A stretch of 64,000 nt of DNA from Octopus sinensis (taxonomy: Eukaryota): NCBI RefSeq assembly GCF_006345805.1, contig NC_042998.1, positions 151,528,001 through 151,592,000 on the forward strand. The letters run 5' to 3'. The position numbers and the translations under genes were made by a program. The notes below the pieces were generated by a model that did not search any database, was not told the origin of the DNA, and worked only from the letters and a program-made list of their open reading frames with translations. This document shows positions 54,243 to 64,000 of the stretch, piece after piece (position 1 is the first letter of the stretch; the number at the start of each line of letters is the position of its first letter).

Positions 54243-54284
54243 GCTGCATTGAAAAGGGGCAATACTCCGAAACGCGTCTGTAGC
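54243..54284 (+). ncRNA. Minimal type I hammerhead (U3-A8 core), first direct unit
   Basis: Stem I GCTGCA/TGTAGC; core TTGAAAA; stem II GGGG/CTCC; GAAA; palindromic ACGCGT; GUC cleavage after 54278. Confidence 0.85.
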
Positions 54285-54603
54285 TGCCGGTCAAGTAGTG
54301 TGGAGCGACTGACCTCCCTTGTTCGAAGGTTATATGGATACAGTTTGTGTATCAAATAGCTAACTTAAGGCGATGGCCTCATGGAGCTAATAAGCGGACA
54401 GCTTTTTTCTTATTTTTATAAGAATTCCATATTAGTATGGCGATAACTATTATTTTCCGGGAACGCTGCCGCTGTTCTCTTTTAGAGAGACTTAGTTATT
54501 TTAATATTTCTATTATTGAAAACAATGGATGTATTCCACCGAAACTAGGTAAATAAAACCATCGAACAGAGATTGTCGGAAGCGACACCTACTGGCTGGC
54601 TAC

Positions 54604-54644
54604 GCTGCATTGAAAAGGGGCAATACTCCGAACGCGTCTGTAGC
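54604..54644 (+). ncRNA. Minimal type I hammerhead (U3-A8 core), second direct unit, one A missing in GAAA
   Basis: Identical to 54243-54284 except CCGAACGCGTC. Confidence 0.7.
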
Positions 54645-54953
54645 TGCCGGTCAAGTAGTGTGGAGCGACTGACCTCCCTTGTTCGAAGGTTATATGGATA
54701 CAGTTTGTGTATCAAATAGCTAACTTAAGGCGATGGCCTCATGGAGCTAATAAGCGGACAGCTTTTTTCTTATTTTTATAAGAATTCCATATTAGTATGG
54801 CGATAACTATTATTTTCCGGGAACGCTGCCGCTGTTCTCTTTTAGAGAGACTTAGTTATTTTAATATTTCTATTATATATATATCTATATATATGTGTGT
54901 GTGTGTGTGAGTGTGTGCGCGTCTGTGTGTGTCTGTGTGTGTATGTATGTATG

Positions 54954-54985
<32 letters not shown>

Positions 54986-55177
54986 GTGTGTGTGTTTGTG
55001 TATGGATGTATATACATATTTATATGTATATATCATTGTGATGTATCCCAACAATGATATATCGCCATGCTGTGTGGTGTATGATCTATGTATATTTGTC
55101 CTAATTTGTTTATCGGAATTTTTTCTGTACCAATCTCTATTTGTCTCTGTGTGTAAGTGCATATACAGATGTGCTTG

Positions 55178-55263
<86 letters not shown>

Positions 55264-55335
55264 GCTCTCTCTCTCCTCTCTCCTATCTCTCTCTCTCTTT
55301 CTCTCTCTCTCTATATATATATATTATATATATAT

Positions 55336-55396
<61 letters not shown>

Positions 55397-55950
55397 TATG
55401 TCTGTCTGCATCTGTCTATCTATCTTTCTTCCATCCTATCTCTCTCTCTTCTCTCGCTCTTTTCTCTCTCTCTCTCCTCTCTCTCTATATATATATTATA
55501 TATATATATTATATATAATATATATATATATATATACATACATAGATATACATATATATGCATACATATATATACATACGCACACCCACATGCGCGCGCG
55601 CATATATATATGTATGTATAATTGTTTGTAACTATTCGAGAGAGCGCGTTGTATATACAGATACATACACATATATACACACATTTATGTGTCTATGTGC
55701 TGCGCGCATGTGTGTGTGTACGTATGAATATATAACTACATATATATATATAGAAACAAGTTCTGCATCGCGCCATTGCACACTGTACGCACAACTGCAC
55801 ATGGTATTCTCCACCTCACTCAAGCCATTCACCATACCAAACCACATTACCCACTCCACACATTAACCAACACAACCCACCAACTCTTTTCATACACACA
55901 CACACACACACACACACAGAGGCATACACACACAGGCACACAAATAATTA

Positions 55951-55995
<45 letters not shown>

Positions 55996-56687
55996 ATATA
56001 CACCTACAAATTTGTATATATATATATATGTGTGTGTGTATGTGTATGTGTATGTATGTATATATGTAGATATGTATGTATGTATTTGTATACATGTACG
56101 CATGTGTGTGTGTGTGTATTTACATGACCATACACACGTGGACAGCTATATGTATGCATTCACGACTACATCAATAAGATTCGTACACATCACTGCACAG
56201 TTGCCATTACTGAGACCACATGCACAACCAAATGTCCCCCCATACCACCTAATATCACTCTCCCCCAAGACTACTACACCTCACACTACGCAACACCCTT
56301 CACAACAGTATATACCAAGCCACACCGTCACTACAGTACCTCAGATACGACACCCCACTGTTGCTTCTTCATCACCAGACACTATCATACCTAACCACAT
56401 CGCCACTATAGAACATCACAAAAAACAACATTGTATCTCACCCCACCATCATTACTGCAACTCACTTTATACCCGAAAATACGTCACCATACGACGTCTA
56501 ATTAAAACATAAAACGAAAGGGAATAAAACTTAATTGTTTGTCCCGTAGTTTTGCTAATTGTTGTAGGGGCCTGTGTAGTCATGAACAGGCAGATGTACT
56601 TTGTTGGTGGTGGTGGTGGGGGGCGACTATTCTTGAGTCAGCAGAAAATAAAGTGACAGCTGGAGAGAGAGGGGGGTTGAAGAAGAA

Positions 56688-56798
56688 GAAGAAGAAGAAG
56701 AAGAAGAAGAAGAAGAAGAAGAAGAAGAAGAAGAAGAAGAAGAAGAAGAAGAAGAAGAAGAAGAAGAAGAAGAAGAAGAAGAAGAAGAAGAAGAAGAA
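56688..56798. repeat. (AAG)n microsatellite
   Basis: Read directly; source of the poly-K/F/L ORFs. Confidence 0.95.
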
Positions 56799-57750
56799 GG
56801 AGCTGGAGGGTTGCGTCAGTCGTTGGATGGTACTCATTTTGAAGTGGAGTACACTGGAGCAACATGAAATGAAGTCCTTGCTCATGAACGCAACGGACCA
56901 CCCGTTCGAAGAATTGAACCTCGACCTTATAATATTGAACTCTAACTTTCGCACGTGCTATAACATTGTCTCAAATGTATTATGTCAGATCCAAAAGATG
57001 GAGGCAAGTGGAACGTGTTTGACCAAAATTCTGACCAAAAAACAAAAACATTAACAGCAACATCACTAACACAATAATCACCGCCACCACCACCATCACC
57101 GCGAACAGCAACATCACCACCATCGTCACCACCCTAACCACCACCAACAACAATAACAACAACAATAATGCCACTAACATCACCGCAGCCACCACCACCA
57201 TGACCACCAATAACACCATCATCACCGCCACCATTTCCGTCACCATCATCAACACCTTCATTATCACCACCACCATTACCATTAAAACTATCATAAATAT
57301 AATCAGTATCTCAACTTTTTGAAGCAGTATTAGCATATAATACATCACTCCTCTAAAATGACAACCCCCACTCCATTACTACAACCACCACCACTAACAC
57401 TAACGCCATCATTAGAAACTTAACTACCATCAAAACAACTACTCAAACTGCTACCACCAGGTCAACAAACATGATAACCAACACACCATCTCCACCACCA
57501 CCATCAACAACAACAATAACAAGAATACGAGTATCAATCTCTCTGCCACCGACCCCGTCAGAACCTTTGTCGCTAAATATCGATTCTGATCGCTTCAGAT
57601 GGTTTCAGATGATATTGTTCCCAAACTGATTCACCACCTGGTGTTCTGTGTACGTGGAGCAACCTATCCACGTGCGTGTGTGCGCGAGCGAGAACGTGTG
57701 TGCTGGTTGATACCTAGGTATGTTTATATATATATATATATATACATATA

Positions 57751-58443
57751 TCCTTAAATCCTTAAATCCTTAAAAATGTTTTAGCCCAAAGGCCGCGGCC
57801 ATGCTGGGGCACCACCGCTGAATGAGCTACACTAATTTGTGAAACCACCTCTGATACGTGGCACTTGATCAACAAGGGAGTTCGATGCTGCTGCCCGCAT
57901 CCGCGTCTCCTGTCGTGAGGTAGGTTCATCTGGGACTCCCAACAAGAAGAGATCCACTTTAGTTTTAAAGAGACCCACATCCACACCATGCAAGTCTCTC
58001 AGGCATTTAGGGAGGATGTTAAAGAGCTGTGGTCCTCTAAAACCCAAGCTGTTGCAGTATCTGGACCTGTATTTTGATGGTGATGTTGGAATCTTTGGCA
58101 CCATGCAGTGGCGCCCCGTTCTGCGGTTGGGGTAACTTTGAATGCCAAAGTTTGGGACAAGACCCTCCAGGATTTTGCAGATGTATATCACCGCATATCT
58201 CTCCCGCCTTCGCTCTAGGGAGAAGAGGCTTAATACTTTCAGTCTTTCCCAGTAGCTGATATGTTGCTTTGAGACGATCTTCTTTGTGTAGCTTCTTTGA
58301 ATTGCTTCGAGTTCTGCTGTTAGTTCTATATTGTGTGGTGACCACAGTTGGGAGCAGTAGTCCAAGCGGCTGAGGACGAATGTTTTCCATAGGACCATCA
58401 GTGTCTCCTTCTCTCTTGTTCTGAAAGTTCGGAGAATCCATCC
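57751..58443 (-). mobile_element. 5'-truncated CR1-clade LINE with 3' UTR and (GGATTTAA)n tail
   Basis: [61 protein letters not shown]; TCCTTAAA x3 at 57751. Confidence 0.88.
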
Positions 58444-58738
58444 AGAAGAGGAAATTGGAGCTCTAAGAGACTGTTGATTTTGAATTTTGTGTTAAATGTA
58501 AAATGATTTCTCTTGAAAAAGACCGAACCGTATTGAGTCAAATGTTTAATGATTTGTTTTTCGAACTCTGTATTATGTTTAAATGCAAATGATTGTGTTT
58601 GGAACTCTGTATTATGTTTAAATGCAAATGATTGTTCTTCAAACTCTATACATGTATTATATATATATATTATATATATATATATGTATGTATGAATGTA
58701 TGTATGTATATATATGATATATATATATATATATATAT

Positions 58739-58770
<32 letters not shown>

Positions 58771-58807
58771 TTAGATAGATAGATAGATAGATTTATATAC
58801 ACACACA

Positions 58808-58870
<63 letters not shown>

Positions 58871-58873
58871 TAG

Positions 58874-58970
<97 letters not shown>

Positions 58971-60109
58971 GTGTCTGTATGTAAATATACATACACACAT
59001 TTGTAGGTGCATATTCATATTTACATACCGAATTTTACCGGTAAATAATTGTTGGTTATATGAAAAACCACTGAAAAATTATTTTTACCATTTTTATTGT
59101 ATTACCATGTGGACTTCTTATTCCATTGCGATCGGCCAGGCGGCGCGCACGGCAGAATTTTTTTGAGGGAAAATTTACGTTCTCAGTCTTACTTAGTTTT
59201 AACATATGCACACCTCCCCCACTATCTGATGTCGCTTGGTCAGAAGTGAGGGCTTGTGGCATTTGGTAAATCTATCGAATATGGTGTTGATAAAGGAAAT
59301 CAAGCTATTTTCGAGCTTGTGATCCAGAAACATGTTCATCATTAACGGTAAGAGATTGGTTTCGTTTATTTGCTACTCCTTTTTTGCGTATGTGAATCGC
59401 AGGGTTCGTCGTATTTGGAAAATCCACTTAAGAAATGGAAAAAACAGTCTTTGACTGCCATTTCTAATTCCTTCGGTATGCGGCGAGGCAGCCTGCTGCC
59501 CGCCCTTTAATTATTTTCACTATATACTGAACTTTCCAGAAGTTCCTGACGATGAATTTGTCATATTTACATACCGGAATTTTACCGGTAAATAATTGTT
59601 GGTTATATGAAAAACCACTGAAAAATTATTTACCATTTTTATTATATATATATATATATTGTTACGCCGTGCGCACAAGCCCTAGGCCTTCCGATGCCAC
59701 CACATGGCCCTCACGCCCGCTTGCGACGGCGACGGCGCTCAGTAAACCAGAAATCCACCACAGAAAGGCGGGGAAGGCGGCGATCACACCCAGGAACCAA
59801 CACAACCACAAAAGAAAGAGACACATAGGCGGAAGTTGCGTAATTTAGCAATTTTTTCAAAACAAAATCAAAGCATTCCAAAACAAAGGTTGATAATTCA
59901 TGTACAGAGTTCGAAGAACAATCATTTGCATTTAAACATAATACAGAGTTCCAAACACAATCATTTGCATTTAAACATAATACAGAGTTCGAAAAACAAA
60001 TCATTAAACATTTGACTCAATACGGTTCGGTCTTTTTCAAGAGAAATCATTTTACATTTAACACAAAATTCAAAATCAACAGTCTCTTAGAGCTCCAATT
60101 TCCTCTTCT
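58444..60109. repeat. Inverted repeat with 211-bp arms (58444-58654 and 59899-60109)
   Basis: Arms are near-identical reverse complements, each with an internal ~40-bp tandem duplication. Confidence 0.95.
59015..59643. repeat. ~84-bp direct repeat (59015-59098, 59561-59643)
   Basis: TCATATTTACATACC(G)GAATTTTACCGGTAAATAATTGTTGG...CCATTTTTATT occurs twice. Confidence 0.9.
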
Positions 60110-60812
60110 TTTTTTTTTAACACGACAGTTCTCAAAAAGGGCTCCTTCTCCTTTTAAAAACATTTCCAAGTTTTCTTTTTTTTCTTTCTTTTCTTTTCTT
60201 TTGAAAACAGCCAACAACACGCTCTTTTTTTTCTCTTTTCTTTCTCTTTCATTTTTTTACATCTAAACATCGAAATTCAAAACACAAATACCGCATGTTC
60301 CACGCCTGCAACACTCCCTGAACATCACAACTCCCAACTATAGTAGTCCGGCTTCTTTATGTCTCCCTCTGCCCCTTCACTGTCATCTTCCTTACTACCT
60401 CTCGTCGTGTCATCTCTCACACTCACTGTCTGTCTCTCTCTAGACCACGCCACCCTTTGTCCAGTGGACACTCACACTGACCGTCTCTCGCCGACTCCAC
60501 CATCTCTAACTCACTCCCTTGTCCGCTCCGCTCACACTGACCCTCTCACGGTTTCTCGCTGACTGACCAACTAACTTAATGCTAGCCGTATATATAACGT
60601 TGTCCCAGCATTTTTATCTTTTTAAACTTTCTTTGACCGTGTGGGGGCCATAGATCACTGCCTCGGACCATTAATAATCGTGGTCTTTGACAGGACAAAG
60701 GAAATGCCATTGTCCTGAACAACTGGTGCGCCGGTTCGATTCCAACTAATGGAACAAGGGGCATAATGTTTTTCTTTGTTCGTTTATTTTTCCTTGCCTC
60801 CGTAACACTATA

Positions 60813-60853
<41 letters not shown>

Positions 60854-62489
60854 CGGTATGTGTGTATACGCACACATGTTTGAACGTGTGTAATCACAAA
60901 CGAACTTAGACAAGCACGCACGCAGCAGAACACAGTGGTGTTCCTTTGCAACGTCTGCTCAGGGGCTCAGTAGATCTGATGAATATCACCAGAGCAATAC
61001 CATATATATTTGGAATGAAGTGTAAAACTATCAAGGAATAAATATTAAATTAAAATACATAAGATTTATTTGTTTCATTTTAAGATGTAATTATATACAT
61101 ATACATTCACACAGATACACAGACACACAAACACACACAGACACACACACACACACACAAACACACACATACATATTTGTGTGTGCGCGCGCGCAGCTGT
61201 TTCTGGTTATTTATGTGGTTATGAATGTGATTATGCATGTAGCGTTCATCAGTAATTATTATTTGTGTGTGTGTATGGGTGTGGGTGCATATCTTTATGT
61301 AGTTATAAACTTGCTATAACTTTATAAACGTCTTCATTTCACTAAAGGATTTTGAACAGCAAACCTGTTCTTTAATTTTAAACCAGGAACAAAATTAAAC
61401 ACCTTATGCTAAACAAGATCTGTGTTTCAGACAGCCAATTTTACTAAAAACAATATTTTGGCGTATAGTCAGCTCTTATGGCAATTCTTTACTAAAACAC
61501 ATTCAACAAAATTGACTGAGCTCCATCAATAGACCGCTAGGTCTAAAAAAAATACAGTAGTGTCAGTGCCAAGCAGTGTTTAGGGATAAACGAACTTTAG
61601 GCTAGTTAAAACATGCTTGTGATATATTTCAACTGCTGAGGGCAAATTCACTACCGTTACCGTGGCGGTCTCAATACTGCTTCGTGCTGATACTGCTGTA
61701 ATTTTTTATGACCTGGCAGTCTAATGGCGCACGTCAGCCAATGTTGTTGACTGTTAGTTAACGCTACAACTTCATTTAAGTGTCCAGAATTGTCTCTCTT
61801 TGGTATTTCCCACTAATAACAGCTAAAGAGCTAAAAACACGTCTAAGAATCCGACAGGGGCCAGCAGTGGACAGATATGGTGTTTTTACACTTCTTTTTT
61901 ACCATTAGAGAGAATCTTTTCTCCTCGGGAACTGCAGTGAATTTGTATGTATGTATGTTTGTATGTATGTATGTATGTATGTATGTATGTATGTATGTAT
62001 GTATGTATGTATGTATGTACACATGTATGTATGTGTATGTGTGTGTAAATATACATACACATACATACATGCACACATATATGCATATATATCTGTGTGT
62101 GTAGTGTGTGTGTGTGTGTGTGTGTGTGTGGTGTGCATAATTCAAAATGAAAATATTTAAACTTCCTATCCTATCAGGTATTGAGTACTTTACCGAATAG
62201 TGGTGACTGAGAAGTCGGAGAAGGAATGCCTATTGCAGTGTAAAACAAAAGAATGTTGACCACTTTCAACAATGCTGCTCAGAACCACTGGAGAGAACGA
62301 TTAGTTACCATCTTGTTACTAAAGAAAGGGAAACGCATATAACCCTTTTGTATTTAAAAGTATTGAGATGTTCAACCTTTGAAGTAGTTGTTCCCTGTTG
62401 GGCAAGCTTCGAAAGAAGTTACAGTGACTTATGTTGAGAAACAAGAATCTTTCCGCTTTGTTTAAGACTGGTTCTTTGTTAAGCAAAAT

Positions 62490-62532
<43 letters not shown>

Positions 62533-62960
62533 GTGGATTGCAGGGTCCTCTTGCGAATAATTAACTACAAATCCACATAGGTCTCATTTCTGTATTTTAA
62601 AATCGCACTTTAATAACTTTATCCACATCCCGAGGAACACGAATCGAAAAAAAAGATTGCTTTTCCGGTTTTATGTCGTATTTAAAAAATAAGATCATAC
62701 TATGCACATTACAATGAATAGAATATTGTTTCAAAAAGTTCTTTACTGACAACACACTCAAACATACACATGTATACGCATTTATGTATGTACATGTATA
62801 AAGTGCTCAGTATAATCCTTCATACGACTCTTAGATGTTCATACCTTGAGAAGTGTTTCTTAAAATATGTCTTGTCTCATCTCGATACACATTTTTCATA
62901 TCAACAGAGAAAAAATATGTTATAACTGAAAACCAAAATTGGTATGATACATGTCTTATA

Positions 62961-63746
62961 CGAGGGGCGTTCAATAAGTAATGCCCCTGACCCACTTCCT
63001 ATAGCAGTAGAGCAACGAAACTTGGCACAGTTATTAGTCTTTTTCTACATAGGAACCGCCCAGAGTTACGCATTTCTACCATCGTTTGATGCAGCTCTGG
63101 AGACCGTTTTTGTAGAAGACTCCAGCTTGGTCCTCTAACCTGAACGTGACTTCAGAAATCAAGGCTGCATCATCTGGGAAACGCTTTCTTTTCAAAAACA
63201 ACTTCATGACTGGGGAGAGGTGAAAATCAGAGTGCAAGGTCAGGAAAGTAGGGGGGATGGGGGAGGAGTTCATAGCCATACGCCTGTGCTTCTGATCTGG
63301 CGACAAGCGAGTTGTGGACCGGAGCGTTGTCCTGCAGGAGGAGGATGCCTTTGCTGATCTTGCCCCGCCTCTTGATTTTGATAACTTCTCTTATTTCCTC
63401 AAAAGTGAAGCATAATAGGCTCCTGTAATTGTGGTACCCTTTGCCAGGAAATCTGTCATCACTACTCCGTCCTGGTCCCAGAAGACTGTGAGCATGACCT
63501 TGCCAGCGGAGGGCTGCACCCTTGCCTTCTTTGGAGGAGGTGAGTCACGGTGCTTCCACTGCATTGACTGGGCTTTGGTCTCTGAATCATCGTGATGGAC
63601 CCAGGTTTCATCCTGTGTAATCAGTCTTTTGAAAAATTTTGACTCATCTTCTTGGCACATCTCCAAATTCATCCTCGAGCACCCAACGCGTTCTTGCTTC
63701 TGGAAAGGCGTGAGCAACCTGGGAATCCATCTGGCAGACACCTTTT
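62961..63746 (-). mobile_element. Second copy of the irritans-like mariner, truncated (3' half plus one TIR)
   Basis: TA + CGAGGGGCGTTCAATAAGTAATGCCCCTGACCC; ORFs 63391-63741 and 63076-63306 match the 5166-6461 element. Confidence 0.93.
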
Positions 63747-64000
63747 TAACATTTTTTTTTAATATCCAATGGAGTGTCGACGATTAATCCAATTTTTTTT
63801 TATGTATTTACGAATATATTATCATATGTATTGTCACGCTACTTCCCTGCTTCAATTATTCGAATAATCAGCAACTTGAAACTCAGAATAACAATTCAAG
63901 AAACTTCAGCTTGGAAAAACAAACTCTACTTTATGTATTGAATACATAAAGATCCCTTTGTTGGTAAACACACGCCAATCCATATGTATGCATATATATG

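Larger units (their letters stand above)
53661..54876. repeat. ~360-bp unit array: ~1.1 units on minus (53661-54063) then ~2.3 direct units on plus (starts 54064, 54423, 54783)
   Basis: Unit marker AATTCCATATTAGTATGGCGATAAC recurs at 359-360 bp spacing; the left part is its reverse complement. Confidence 0.95.

Noticed and set aside
58480-58655. Repeated peptide [26 protein letters not shown] as a real protein repeat
   Set aside because: It derives from a ~40-bp tandem duplication inside the inverted-repeat arm; the ORF start is in microsatellite.
60690-60770. tRNA gene around GGTTCGATTCC
   Set aside because: Only a B-box-like motif; no cloverleaf or acceptor stem.
61715-61750. GCGCACGTCAGCCAAT as a promoter (CRE/E-box plus CCAAT)
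   Set aside because: Short motifs are expected by chance; no CpG island or downstream exon supports it.

Overview
Eukaryotic, AT-rich, microsatellite-saturated window with no recognisable host protein-coding gene. Most ORFs in the supplied track are translations of (TA)n, (CA)n, (ATCT)n or (TTA)n repeats. The SINE families and repeat load resemble an octopus/coleoid cephalopod genome (inference, not verified). The window is a mosaic of mostly decayed transposons: two irritans-type DD34D mariners, a DD37D (maT) element, a Chapaev/CMC-like remnant, an internally deleted Ty3/gypsy, an essentially full-length R4/Dong LINE plus a truncated one in (TAA)n arrays, CR1 and RTE fragments, several Penelope-like element (PLE) pieces and many tRNA-SINEs. 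The most notable signal is a high density of type I hammerhead ribozyme (HHR) motifs on both strands. These include a ~360-bp tandem-plus-inverted, retrozyme-like array (53661-54876) whose HHR has a compensatory U3-A8 core, a 1.2-kb foldback with divergent HHRs (34796-36014), an intact stand-alone HHR (20126-20175) and an intact HHR downstream of a PLE (16338-16427). All structures were paired by eye; no folding or database search was run.
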